A stretch of 64,000 bases of DNA, from positions 1,040,741 to 1,104,740 of the forward strand of contig JBBCII010000003.1 in the NCBI GenBank assembly GCA_037200765.1, written 5' to 3'. The translations under genes and the position numbers were made by a program. Of this stretch, positions 54,776-64,000 are shown one piece after another. Positions within the stretch are counted from its first letter, which is position 1. The number at the start of each line of letters is the position of its first letter. The notes beneath the pieces were generated by a model. It did no database searches. It saw only the letters and a list, made by a program, of their open reading frames with translations, and was not told where the DNA came from. Origin of the DNA: Bacteroidota bacterium. Lineage in GTDB: Bacteria > Bacteroidota > Bacteroidia > Cytophagales > Cyclobacteriaceae.

Positions 54776-55326
54776 ATAAACTTATCTCGCTGGGCGCAGC
54801 CCTGGTACTCCTGATGAACATCAGGTGCAACACAAAGAAACTATCTAACGATGAAGTTGGGCGATTGCTCAGTGAGGCTAAAGCTTATCCTCATGTTGTT
54901 GAAGCAAAGCTGTTTATTAATGAAGGAGAAACGGCGAGTAAGATTATCGCCAGTAACCTCGACGACGATGGATACGTAACGGCGCAACCCCGTCATACAT
55001 CCGACGACGTCGGGCAATCGTTGATTCATTTTACCGACAAATCAGCACCTTATCTTTTACCCAAACCAGATTCCGTTGAGTCAATTGAGATTCAACTGGT
55101 GAAGGTGGGAGATGAGGTCTTTTCTAAAGTGGTTAGTGTCGCATATTCGAATGATGGCAATGAAGCTGAGGTGGCTTACGAGATCAAAATCGAGAATCCG
55201 ACTCCGTTTACATCTTTCCTGAGACCCAACACTCCAACACTGCAATATCGTCGAACAGGTTTCATAAAAACAGCAGACGGATGGCAATGGAATAAGAAGG
55301 TTGTTATCACCGCGAAACCAAACTGA
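54772..55326 (+). CDS. Hypothetical lipoprotein
   Basis: Hydrophobic leader then Cys (MNIRC); ATGA-type overlap with the upstream gene. Confidence 0.6.
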   Translation: MNKLISLGAALVLLMNIRCNTKKLSNDEVGRLLSEAKAYPHVVEAKLFINEGETASKIIASNLDDDGYVTAQPRHTSDDVGQSLIHFTDKSAPYLLPKPDSVESIEIQLVKVGDEVFSKVVSVAYSNDGNEAEVAYEIKIENPTPFTSFLRPNTPTLQYRRTGFIKTADGWQWNKKVVITAKPN

Positions 55327-55357
55327 ATCCCGAAAAGGTTGCGACCAGGTGAAAAAA

Positions 55358-56167
55358 TTATCTCTCCGCCAGCTTCGTAGGCGCGTATCCGAAATGTTTC
55401 TTGAATGCATAGGAGAAATGAGACAGGTTTTCGAAACCTATCTCGTAGCAAACTTCAACGGGACGACTCTTTTGTTCCGACAGTTTGTAGTGCGCAAGCT
55501 CGAGTCGCTTTTGTGTGAGCCACCGCTGAGGCGTGGAGTTGAAAGCCTTCTTGAAATCTCTTTTGAAACTCGTGAGACTTCGGCCCGTGAGATAACCAAA
55601 CTTTTCCAATGGCATGTTGAACATGTAGTTCTTCTCCATGTAGCTGATGAGATCCACCTTGTGAGGATCGTCGAAGTTGGAGAGAACGCTGTCGATTGCC
55701 GGATCGATTGTGCGAAGTATGCTGATCGCCTCAGTAAGTTTTAACGAAGCGAGGTTCTTTGGTAACTCACCTTCGATATCGAAGTATGGAATTAACGACG
55801 CGAGGCAACTCTGGAGCAGCGGGTGATTATTGTAACTCCGGATACCTGGCACAGGGGCGATCTTTGTTTTCACTTCGACATCCTTATAAAAATTCCGAAG
55901 GATGTCGGTGGTCAGATGCATAACCACGGTCTTATGCGGCAGCCCGTCTTTCGGGTAGTTGATGATGGTTGCCGGCTTGTTCCTTGGGATCAGGAAGATG
56001 TCGCCGGCAGTGAATGTTCGCGTAACCTCCGACTGAACGATCTTTGTTTCGCCGGAAATAAACCAGATCAGCATGTGTTGATCGAAGACGATTTCTGTTT
56101 TGAAAAACTTGTCGTCGTAACATGAGAGTTTTATCTCCGGTGTGAGATATTTTGATATGTGATCCAT
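55358..56167 (-). CDS. AraC-family transcriptional regulator
   Basis: GYLTGRSLTSFKRDFKKAF, EIGFENLSHFSYAFKKHFG. Confidence 0.93.
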   Translation of the reverse strand: MDHISKYLTPEIKLSCYDDKFFKTEIVFDQHMLIWFISGETKIVQSEVTRTFTAGDIFLIPRNKPATIINYPKDGLPHKTVVMHLTTDILRNFYKDVEVKTKIAPVPGIRSYNNHPLLQSCLASLIPYFDIEGELPKNLASLKLTEAISILRTIDPAIDSVLSNFDDPHKVDLISYMEKNYMFNMPLEKFGYLTGRSLTSFKRDFKKAFNSTPQRWLTQKRLELAHYKLSEQKSRPVEVCYEIGFENLSHFSYAFKKHFGYAPTKLAER

Positions 56168-56199
56168 CTCTAAATCAATTCCAAGATATTCAATCTTTA

Positions 56200-57192
56200 T
56201 TACCCGATCTGAAATTTTATACCGGCAAATTCTTCACCCAACGTCCAAAGTCTTTTTGCATTGGTTTCATCGAGCGAATATTCCTTTACGCCGCCGGGTG
56301 TTGCGTCAACTGAAAGTCTCGCGATGTTTACGTCTTCACAATAAACACCGCCGATAGAATTGAGCAGGGGACTTGTGGCACACCACACCGTTGTTGCAGC
56401 TCCTTGTGGGATTGTCTTTAACGCTTTTAGTACTTCCGGAAGTATGTTGCCTTCTGCGTCTGCAATGCCAAGTCGTTGAAACTGTTCTTTCGAGGCTTCT
56501 CTCGCAAGCTCCGTTCCACCAATAGCACCAGGATGTAATGAGTATGCTCTCACGTTGTACTTCCTGCCGCGACAGTCTAATTCGAGAGCAAACAAGTTAC
56601 TCGCCGTCTTCGATTGTCCGTAGCCTTGCAACGATTCATAATCGCGATGTAAAAAATTAGGATCTTCGAAGTTGAATGGAGCAAACTGGTGTCCTTCCGA
56701 AGATACGTTTACAACCCTGGCCCCGTTTGCTTTCGCAAGCGCCGGCCATAAGCGCGCTGTGAGTTGAAACTCTGCCAAATAGTTAACGGCCAATTGCGAT
56801 TCAATGCCGCGCTCATCCCTGCGCAAAGGGACCCACATGATACCTGCATTATTAATAAGTAAGTGAAGCGCACGGCCCGACGCAAGAAACTTTGCAGCAA
56901 ACGCGTCGATAGATCTTGGGTCGAGCAGATCCATGGGTTCCAGTTCCACATTTTGAAGCCCGGCAAGATTCCTCTTTGCCTTTTCGATGTCGCGCGCTGG
57001 TACGATTACCGTTGCACCTGCCGACGCCAGCACCCTCGTTGTTTCAAGTCCGATGCCTGTGTTGCCGCCAGTAACGATGGCAGTCTTTCCCGTGAGGTTG
57101 ATGCCTTCAATGACTTCGGAAGCAGTCGATGCTGCGCTGAAAGGAGAATCAATTGGATTCTGCAGTGCGCCCTGGTAGTTGTTTTGTCTCAT
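56200..57192 (-). CDS. SDR oxidoreductase (retinol dehydrogenase/WWOX-like)
   Basis: VTGGNTGIG, LINNAGIM, NVSS, YGQSK, LHPG. Confidence 0.93.
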   Translation of the reverse strand: MRQNNYQGALQNPIDSPFSAASTASEVIEGINLTGKTAIVTGGNTGIGLETTRVLASAGATVIVPARDIEKAKRNLAGLQNVELEPMDLLDPRSIDAFAAKFLASGRALHLLINNAGIMWVPLRRDERGIESQLAVNYLAEFQLTARLWPALAKANGARVVNVSSEGHQFAPFNFEDPNFLHRDYESLQGYGQSKTASNLFALELDCRGRKYNVRAYSLHPGAIGGTELAREASKEQFQRLGIADAEGNILPEVLKALKTIPQGAATTVWCATSPLLNSIGGVYCEDVNIARLSVDATPGGVKEYSLDETNAKRLWTLGEEFAGIKFQIG

Positions 57193-57215
57193 TTGTAATT
57201 GCTTTGTTGTTGAGA

Positions 57216-57276
57216 CAAAAGTACCGGGCGCACAAGGGACTGGCTTTGTTTAGCGGACCAACTTTGCTTTGTTTAG
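57216..57276 (-). promoter_or_regulatory. SDR/AraC promoter: -7 element plus two 11-bp direct repeats
   Basis: Minus-strand TACTTTTG at 57216-57223; GCTTTGTTTAG at 57243-57253 and 57266-57276 (23-bp period). Confidence 0.6.
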
Positions 57277-57287
57277 AAGATCATATT

Positions 57288-59924
57288 TTATTCGCTTCTC
57301 AACGAATTGACAGGATTTCCACGTGCTGCTTTGATTGCCTGGAAGCTGATCGTGAGCGCTGCTATGAGCACTGCAGCGAGTCCCGCTAAAACGAATACCC
57401 AGAACTGTATTGTCATCCGGTACGCGAAACCTTCGAGCCAGCGATCCATCGCATACCATGCCGCCGGTGTAGCAATAATGATGGCAACGAAGATCAGTAT
57501 GATGAATTCTTTCGACAGCAACCCAACGATGCTGTTTACACTCGCACCCAACACCTTACGGATGCCGATCTCTTTCGTGCGCAGCTCCGCCGTGTATGTT
57601 GCAAGTCCAAACAAACCAAGGCACGCAATTAATATCGCGAGTGAAGAGAAGATGGAGAACAGGCTCCGGAAATTGAAATCTTTCTGGTATTGACGATCGA
57701 AATCATCGTCGAGAAAACTATAAAGGAACGGACGATGCGGAGCCAGTTGCGACCAAACTTTTCTAACATCTTCGATCGCAGCCGTCATGTCTGCCGATTT
57801 AACTTTCACCGACACATAACGGCAGGCGAAGGGTTCGAGCGGTAAAGTCAGCGGTTCGATAGTATTGTGCAGTGAGATGTAATTGAAGTCTTTCACTACA
57901 CCAATAATTTCTCCTTCACGTCCCCATTGACTGTATTTTTTGCCAACGATATCTGCAGGATTTGAATAGCCATACTGGCGGGCAGCAGCTTCATTGATCA
58001 CAAGTCCACCTATAGTATCGGAAGGAAAATCCCTGGAGTAGGAGCGACCTGCGGCAAGTTTAAGATCATAATGATTGATGAAGTCCATACCGACCTGGAA
58101 GATCGGTTGTGCCATGCCTTTCATTTGTCCTTCGGGCGATATGATCTCTGTCCACGCATTCGGGAAATAACTTCCGGGAACGCTCCTGGAGAAAGCAACG
58201 GAAGAGACTTCTGGTAATTTTTCAAGTTCATTCTTGAGTACCTCACGCTTTCTATTCACGTCTTCGTCATAATTATAATCGAGGATCAGCATTTGTTCTT
58301 TGTCGAAGCCGAGCTGCTTGTTAAGAATATGACTCATCTGCATTGCGACCACGATCGTACTTGCAATCAAAGCAATTGAAAGACTGAACTGGAAAACAAC
58401 GAGTCCCTTGCGGAGAAACACGCCGGTCTTATTAGTAATAATGGATCGTTTCAAAACCGATACTGGGTTGAATGACGATAATACGAAAGAAGGGTAGGAG
58501 CCCGCGATGAGACCGATAAGGATTGTCACTGCTATTAATAACGCGATGTTCAGCGGCGTTACGAAGTGCATAAGTTCCATCGGGCGTCCCGTGATGTTGT
58601 TCATAGACGGGAGGGCCAGCGCTACGAAGATCACCGCCATGAGCATGGAAAATCCTACGATCACAAACGACTCGCCCAGGAACTGAAACACAAGGTGTGA
58701 TCTCGCTGCTCCGATCGATTTTCTTACGCCAACTTCTTTGCTGCGTTCCATCGACCGTGCTGTCGACAAATTCATGAAGTTGACCATAGCGATCGTGAGA
58801 ACGAACAGACCTATTACGGAGAATATGTACAGGTTCGCGATGCTCCCCGTTTCGCCCGGCTGACGTTGAGCAACGGTTCCCAGGTACATTTTACTGAGTG
58901 GCTCGGCAATAATCTTGTATTTGCTTTCGGGGTCTTTCCTTACTCGCTTAATGAAATCAGGAAGTTTTGATTCGAAGTTGGCGAGATTGAACTGGTCGTT
59001 TGCCAGGAAGTAAGTATAAAAATCTGCGTAGCCCCATTCATTAAAGATCTCTGGCCTCGATTTGCGGAAGGTGCTCATAGACAGTAGTGCATTGAACCGG
59101 AAATGTGAATTGGGCGGAACATCTTCCATCACGCCAGTCACCTGGTACTCGCCACCTTCGGCGCGTCCTGCGGAATTACTTCCTTTTAGTGACTTGCCGA
59201 GAGGATCTTCGTTACCAAAATATTTCTTTACAGTGCTTTCGGTAAGAACGATACTGAATGGTGCACTTAATGCTGTTTTTGGATTTCCTTTCAACAGCTT
59301 CCAGCTAAAGACGTCGAACACTGTGGAGTCCATGAAGAACACGCCTTCTTCCTGGTGTGTGATGTCGCCATTGGTCAATAGAAGATCTGCACGACCTGAA
59401 AACTGAACGACCTTATCGATCTCCGGAAAGTTGTCTTTCAATGCCTGCCCGATCGGCGCATTATTCCAGACCCAATATGTATCTTCTGTTTGCTCGGTCG
59501 ATCCGTGAATGACGCGATAGATGCGGTCGCCTTTTTCATGATACCTGTCGAACGATCGTTCATAGTCGACATACATGAATATCAATATGCAACATGAAAT
59601 GCCCAGGGCGAGACCGAAGATGTTGAGAGCCGAGTATCCTTTCTTTTTGAGAAGATTTCTCCAGGCGATAGCGAGATAATTCTTGAACATGGCAATGCTG
59701 TTATTATGGAATGACGACTTAAAATTTCTTAATAGTATCGGGCGAAGAAGACGTAATAGTTCGCGGTAATACATTCGTTTTGCAGCGGCTGGTGACTCTT
59801 CTTCTGCGGTGGCATAGAAGGTTTCTTCCATGTCGCCTTCAATTTCTTCGATGTACTTTCCCTTTAACAGGAAGCGCAGCAATCTAACGGGCCACTTTGG
59901 TGGCTGTAGCTCATCCGGTTTCAT
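57288..59924 (-). CDS. ABC transporter permease (duplicated MacB/FtsX type) with N-terminal permease-prefix domain
   Basis: EEIEGDMEE prefix, RSKEVGVRKSIGA, RTKEIGIRKVLGAS, NPVNSLRSE. Confidence 0.93.
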   Translation of the reverse strand: MKPDELQPPKWPVRLLRFLLKGKYIEEIEGDMEETFYATAEEESPAAAKRMYYRELLRLLRPILLRNFKSSFHNNSIAMFKNYLAIAWRNLLKKKGYSALNIFGLALGISCCILIFMYVDYERSFDRYHEKGDRIYRVIHGSTEQTEDTYWVWNNAPIGQALKDNFPEIDKVVQFSGRADLLLTNGDITHQEEGVFFMDSTVFDVFSWKLLKGNPKTALSAPFSIVLTESTVKKYFGNEDPLGKSLKGSNSAGRAEGGEYQVTGVMEDVPPNSHFRFNALLSMSTFRKSRPEIFNEWGYADFYTYFLANDQFNLANFESKLPDFIKRVRKDPESKYKIIAEPLSKMYLGTVAQRQPGETGSIANLYIFSVIGLFVLTIAMVNFMNLSTARSMERSKEVGVRKSIGAARSHLVFQFLGESFVIVGFSMLMAVIFVALALPSMNNITGRPMELMHFVTPLNIALLIAVTILIGLIAGSYPSFVLSSFNPVSVLKRSIITNKTGVFLRKGLVVFQFSLSIALIASTIVVAMQMSHILNKQLGFDKEQMLILDYNYDEDVNRKREVLKNELEKLPEVSSVAFSRSVPGSYFPNAWTEIISPEGQMKGMAQPIFQVGMDFINHYDLKLAAGRSYSRDFPSDTIGGLVINEAAARQYGYSNPADIVGKKYSQWGREGEIIGVVKDFNYISLHNTIEPLTLPLEPFACRYVSVKVKSADMTAAIEDVRKVWSQLAPHRPFLYSFLDDDFDRQYQKDFNFRSLFSIFSSLAILIACLGLFGLATYTAELRTKEIGIRKVLGASVNSIVGLLSKEFIILIFVAIIIATPAAWYAMDRWLEGFAYRMTIQFWVFVLAGLAAVLIAALTISFQAIKAARGNPVNSLRSE

Positions 59925-60268
59925 TGAAACTTCAGATGAAGGGTAAGCTTACCGATGCTGTCCCATAAGCTCGAGCGGATCTGTTTCATTTCCGATAATA
60001 CCCTGTGGGCGTATGTTGTGGCGGAGTAAATACGTTTGCGTTTGCCGCCTCTGCGCAGTGTTGCTTCGCCGAATTCGGAGGTGAGAAATCCTTTTTCTTC
60101 CATGCGTTTCAGGGCAGACTGGATGGAGCCTACGCTGAGTTTCGTTTTCATTCTTTTCTCGAGTGTGCGTTTTATCTCGACACCGTAAGCGTCCTGTTGC
60201 AGGCTGACGACAGTGAGGAGTACGAGTTCTTCGAATTCTCCGAGCTTTGTCTTTCGCATTTTAATCAA
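59921..60268 (-). CDS. PadR-family regulator
   Basis: LGEFEELVLL, AYGVEI, LKRMEEKGFL, RGGKRKRIY; translationally coupled to the permease. Confidence 0.92.
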   Translation of the reverse strand: MIKMRKTKLGEFEELVLLTVVSLQQDAYGVEIKRTLEKRMKTKLSVGSIQSALKRMEEKGFLTSEFGEATLRRGGKRKRIYSATTYAHRVLSEMKQIRSSLWDSIGKLTLHLKFQ

Positions 60269-60546
60269 TATTATTCGTGATTGCAGTAAATATACTCGTG
60301 GGATTGAGAAGAGTTACAGGATAGGGGAGATTAATTTAAGGTTGGGGAAAACGTCTTTAAACAAGTCGGCCACGCCCCTTTCCGTCGATCATCATTTGAT
60401 ACACAAATGTCTCGCCCGCATTCACTTCTTCTTTCTTCAGGATCTGTCAGTTCGAATGTCCCCGTTGCATCATCTTCAGATTCACTGGGGGAATAGTGAT
60501 GTAAGCTTTGGAAGATAGATTATCTTGCATTTACTAAAAAATAAAT

Positions 60547-61827
60547 ATGTTACGCTCCTCCCGCCCGGTTGCTGTTGTAGGTTACAACCGCATACCATTT
60601 GCACGACACAACACTAATTACACTACATCCAGCAACCAGGACATGATGATTGCTGCTCTCAATGGTTTGATAGAGCGATACAAGCTGCAGGGTCTGTTAC
60701 TTGGTGAAGTGGCAGGCGGAGCGGTGATCAAACACAGCCGCGAATTTAATCTTATGCGCGAAAGTGTCTTGGGTACTTCGTTGGATCCGGCAACACCGGC
60801 TTGCGATATCCAGCAAGCGTGCGACACCGGTATCGAAGCTGCGATCTATATTGCCAACAAGATTGCGCTTGGCCAGATTGAAGTTGGGATCGCGGGCGGT
60901 ACCGACTCCACCAGCGACGTTCCTCTTGTAGTAGCCGAACCGTTGCGGAAGATCCTTCTTGCAGCAAGACGTTCAAAGACTTTCTCCGGTCGGTTAGGTC
61001 AGTTTATGAAGATCAGGCCCGGTAACCTTGTGCCGATAGCACCGGGCATTAACGAACCGCGCACCGGTCTCTCAATGGGAGGTCACACCGAGATCACAGC
61101 TCAATATTATAAGATCAGTCGCGCCGACCAGGATGCTTTCGCCTTCGAGAGCCACCAGAAGTTAGCGAAAGCATACGACGAAGGATTTTTCTCCGACATG
61201 CTTTCGCCTTATGCGGGATTGAGTGCCGACAACAACCTCCGAAGAGATACGACTATCGAAAAACTTTCGAAGCTTAAACCTGCATTCGATCCAAAGAACG
61301 GAACACTGACGGCAGGTAACTCTACACCGTTCTCCGATGGAGCTTCGAGTGTTCTTTTGGCAAGTGAGGAATGGGCGCATGAACGAAATCTCCCCGTGCT
61401 GGCGTACATCACTTTTGCAGAGATCGCCGCCATCGAATATGTAAAGAACAAACACAATCTTTTATTGGCGCCCGTGTATGCGTCAACGCGGATGTTGAAG
61501 AAGGCAGGAATGAAATTAGAAGATTTTGATTTTTACGAGATCCACGAAGCATTCGCGGCACAAGTGCTCGCAACATTAAAGATTTGGGAGAGTGACGAAC
61601 TCATGAAATCATTCGGCTTTGAAGGACGCCTCGGTACGGTCGACAGGTCTAAGTTAAATACAAAAGGAAGCAGCCTTGCGGCAGCGCACCCATTTGCCGC
61701 TACCGGCGGACGTGTTATTGCAACGATGGCGAAGCTTCTTCATCAGAAAGGCAGCGGCCGCGGATTTATATCCATCTGTGCTGCCGGCGGGCAGGGCGTT
61801 ACGATGATCATGGAAAAGAAAGTCTAA
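60547..61827 (+). CDS. Thiolase (acetyl-CoA C-acyltransferase, FadI/TFE-beta-like)
   Basis: QQACDTG active Cys, IHEAFAAQ, AHPFAATG, ICAAGGQG. Confidence 0.9.
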   Translation: MLRSSRPVAVVGYNRIPFARHNTNYTTSSNQDMMIAALNGLIERYKLQGLLLGEVAGGAVIKHSREFNLMRESVLGTSLDPATPACDIQQACDTGIEAAIYIANKIALGQIEVGIAGGTDSTSDVPLVVAEPLRKILLAARRSKTFSGRLGQFMKIRPGNLVPIAPGINEPRTGLSMGGHTEITAQYYKISRADQDAFAFESHQKLAKAYDEGFFSDMLSPYAGLSADNNLRRDTTIEKLSKLKPAFDPKNGTLTAGNSTPFSDGASSVLLASEEWAHERNLPVLAYITFAEIAAIEYVKNKHNLLLAPVYASTRMLKKAGMKLEDFDFYEIHEAFAAQVLATLKIWESDELMKSFGFEGRLGTVDRSKLNTKGSSLAAAHPFAATGGRVIATMAKLLHQKGSGRGFISICAAGGQGVTMIMEKKV

Positions 61828-61920
61828 AAAACGCGGTTTTATATAAGTTAATCTATGGAATTGCAATTCCCTGTTGCTGGAAAATGAAATTTCTTTGCTG
61901 AAACGAAACAAAGAAACACG

Positions 61921-62376
61921 ATGGAAAAACTTGAATTGAAACGCGCTCTCGCCAGGCTGCTCAGGAAAGACATCAGTAGCCGCCTTCAAATATTGCTCGA
62001 ACAGGAGCGTGAGCTTCTCAAGGCCGGTAACGATGAGCGTTATTCGGGCGACAATCAATACGACTCAACAACGGAAGAAACGATGCAGTCCAGCGAATAT
62101 GCGTCCGATCTGCTCGATCATTTCAGACGTGTATTCAATTCGCTATCGGCATTTCCTTCCAGTCACCTTACGGAGGAGGTACAGTTGGGTGCGGTCGTGA
62201 TCACAAATCATAACTCGCTGTTTATTGCAGCCGATAGTCAGCCCATTTCACTCGACGGCACTGTGTACAACACAATATCTACAGCTGCGCCGCTCTTCGG
62301 AATGCTGAAGGGGAGGAAGAAGGGGGCAGAGGTCTATTTCCAGGGCGTTACTTTCAGGATCGTGGACGTGTTTTAG
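61921..62376 (+). CDS. GreA/GreB C-terminal-like domain protein
   Basis: N-terminal coiled coil, EVQLGAVVIT, ISTAAPLFGMLKGRKKG. Confidence 0.65.
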   Translation: MEKLELKRALARLLRKDISSRLQILLEQERELLKAGNDERYSGDNQYDSTTEETMQSSEYASDLLDHFRRVFNSLSAFPSSHLTEEVQLGAVVITNHNSLFIAADSQPISLDGTVYNTISTAAPLFGMLKGRKKGAEVYFQGVTFRIVDVF

Positions 62377-62399
62377 AACCTGACTACTAAATCTTAAAT

Positions 62400-62777
62400 T
62401 TGGCCATGCAAAATCTCGCACTCAATCTTGTTCGCTTTGCCGCTTCGGGCAATCTGTTGATCCATGGTATCACTCGTATCATCCATGGCGGCGTGAATCC
62501 TTTCGACGAGTGGCTGAGTAGTCTCGGTTTTCCCCCGTTCACTGCGTGGTTCATTACTGGGTTCGAGATTCTTGCTGCGATCATGATCATAGTTGGCAAA
62601 TGGGTGACGCCGCTGTGCGCGGTGTTTGTTGTGGAGTTGGGTATGGGAATTTTTTTACTGCATCGTCACGAAGGATGGTTTGTAGTGGGTGGTGGAAGTA
62701 ATGGGATGGAGTATAGTGTGCTTTTGATCGTTTGTTTCGCCGCGACAGCTCTTGCGTGGTGGAAGAAGAAGGGGTGA
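62400..62777 (+). CDS. DoxX-family membrane protein
   Basis: IHGITRI, FEILAA, HRHEGWFVVGGGSNGMEYSVLL. Confidence 0.85.
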   Translation: MAMQNLALNLVRFAASGNLLIHGITRIIHGGVNPFDEWLSSLGFPPFTAWFITGFEILAAIMIIVGKWVTPLCAVFVVELGMGIFLLHRHEGWFVVGGGSNGMEYSVLLIVCFAATALAWWKKKG

Positions 62778-63147
62778 GATCCCCGATCTGGTTTTCCTTA
62801 CAAGTACTTTTTTATCAGAATTATTTGAGGGTCCGAATGAGTGGAACGGTTGGTTGGTGACTATTAAATTGATTGCATTGTTGATTTTTCTAACCCTGAC
62901 AATCTCCAGCTTCAGCCGCGCAGATACTAAAATTGACGAAGATAGTGAGTAGTTAAATCATCAAGTTACTCAACAACTAGTCAATATGGATCTGGGTCTT
63001 TACCGGCAAACATCCTGTCAGGAAACGACAATCCGCGCGTAAGAAACCGTTGTCGCCTCCCGAACAGGACACCATCAAATAGTTGACGAAAACATACAAT
63101 ATCATACCGCGGTATTTTACTAACTTAGTATAACCATTTCCCGGTTT

Positions 63148-63624
63148 ATGCTCATCCACTTTGTTCTTTTCCTGCTGGTCTGGCAATCGCCGGAATCAAC
63201 GCCCAATCGTGCCAAAGAAGACTATACGGTAAAACTCAACTACGACATCCGGCAACGACAAGCAGTGGATAAAACCGTCATCAACTGGGAATCACATAAT
63301 GCCGGTGGAAGAGACGACCGCATGAAGACCGGCATGTTACCTTACCTTATCGTGAAGGTCACTATTCTCAATCGCAAAGATGAAGAGTACCGTATCAAGT
63401 GCCAGGACAATCGCGGTACAGTCGTGCTCAATAAGAAGATGGGCAAGGTCAGCGAGTATGAAGTCGACATGGGTTTTATCGACGACATCAAAGATCATAT
63501 CAGCGCCAGCGCTTATACTATTTATATCCTCGACGAAAAGAAAAAGCCACTCAACCAGATCGAAATGCTTGTGACTGATGAAGCAAAGTTTTTGGTGAAT
63601 GGTGAGGAGCGCGGTCGTTTCTGA
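63148..63624 (+). CDS. Hypothetical secreted protein
   Basis: Short hydrophobic leader, 158-aa ORF, no recognised domain. Confidence 0.6.
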   Translation: MLIHFVLFLLVWQSPESTPNRAKEDYTVKLNYDIRQRQAVDKTVINWESHNAGGRDDRMKTGMLPYLIVKVTILNRKDEEYRIKCQDNRGTVVLNKKMGKVSEYEVDMGFIDDIKDHISASAYTIYILDEKKKPLNQIEMLVTDEAKFLVNGEERGRF

Positions 63625-63669
63625 TTTCGTAATTCAACCACTCTCTCATTTTTTCCTATAGGTTTAGTA

Positions 63670-63696
63670 GGATTGTTAAACAATGGTTAACAATCC
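63670..63696. promoter_or_regulatory. Perfect 10-7-10 palindrome, possible operator
   Basis: GGATTGTTAA-acaatgg-TTAACAATCC, ~55 nt upstream of ATG 63751. Confidence 0.45.
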
Positions 63697-63750
63697 GAAA
63701 TTACCCCATACCGTCTTCAGCGTTTCAGCTATTTAATTGTTAATTGCATC

Positions 63751-64000
63751 ATGCAAATCAGTAGCATGCGGCAACTCGCCTGGTTATTTCTTCTGCTTCC
63801 TTTAGTCTCTTATTCACAAAAACAACTTAATGCTTCCGAGATCAGGCTTCGACTTAAGAAGCTCAACTTTCTTGGCTCTGTTCTTTACGTAGCAGCACAT
63901 CCCGATGACGAGAACACACGCGTGATTGCTTATCTCGCCAGCGAACGATTGGCGGCTACAGCATATCTATCGATGACACGCGGTGATGGTGGACAAAATC
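63751..64000 (+). CDS. PIG-L/LmbE-family deacetylase, 3' partial
   Basis: Manual translation: signal peptide, then VLYVAAHPDDENT...YLSMTRGDGGQN; runs off the window end. Confidence 0.88.
   Translation, partial: MQISSMRQLAWLFLLLPLVSYSQKQLNASEIRLRLKKLNFLGSVLYVAAHPDDENTRVIAYLASERLAATAYLSMTRGDGGQN

Noticed and set aside
62977-63186. Minus-strand ORF with a lipobox-like LMVSC
   Set aside because: Short, no convincing start or downstream domain, overlaps the next gene's start; at most a remnant.
1-64000. CRISPR array, tRNA or rRNA genes
   Set aside because: No regularly spaced direct repeats, cas genes or recognisable structural RNA sequences were seen by eye; a covariance-model scan was not possible.

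Overview
Bacteroidota DNA, probably Cytophagales, judged from TAnnTTTG promoter elements, lipoproteins, PadR/ABC-permease and DUF6377 families. The centre (11490-37316) is a complete, intact, single-strand extracellular contractile injection system (eCIS; Afp/PVC/AlgoCIS/T6SS-iv class). It encodes cap, cap adaptor, sheath, two tubes, plug, LysM hub, VgrG spike, PAAR, gp25, two large baseplate wedges, a fibre with intramolecular chaperone, tape measure and AAA ATPase. There are no capsid, terminase or lysis genes. The operon carries unusual passengers: (i) a Sec-exported, C-terminally membrane-anchored vWA/MIDAS protein between the tape measure and cargo genes; (ii) a 1288-aa DUF4157 cargo with an HNH-like nuclease motif and a long beta-rich region; (iii) a payload-free DUF4157 protein; (iv) a sheath with a ~420-aa insertion; (v) a small acidic immunity-like first gene. 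An orphan LytTR regulator lies upstream. The flanks hold an intact IS3 (ACTA target duplication, A-AAA-AAG frameshift), two serine hydrolases, an ArsR-controlled RND pump with permease fused to TolC, an uncharacterised membrane protein + amidohydrolase operon, a frameshifted/decayed patch, a vanadium haloperoxidase cluster, AraC/SDR, PadR/ABC permease, a thiolase and a partial PIG-L deacetylase. All calls come from motif recognition by eye; no database searches were run.
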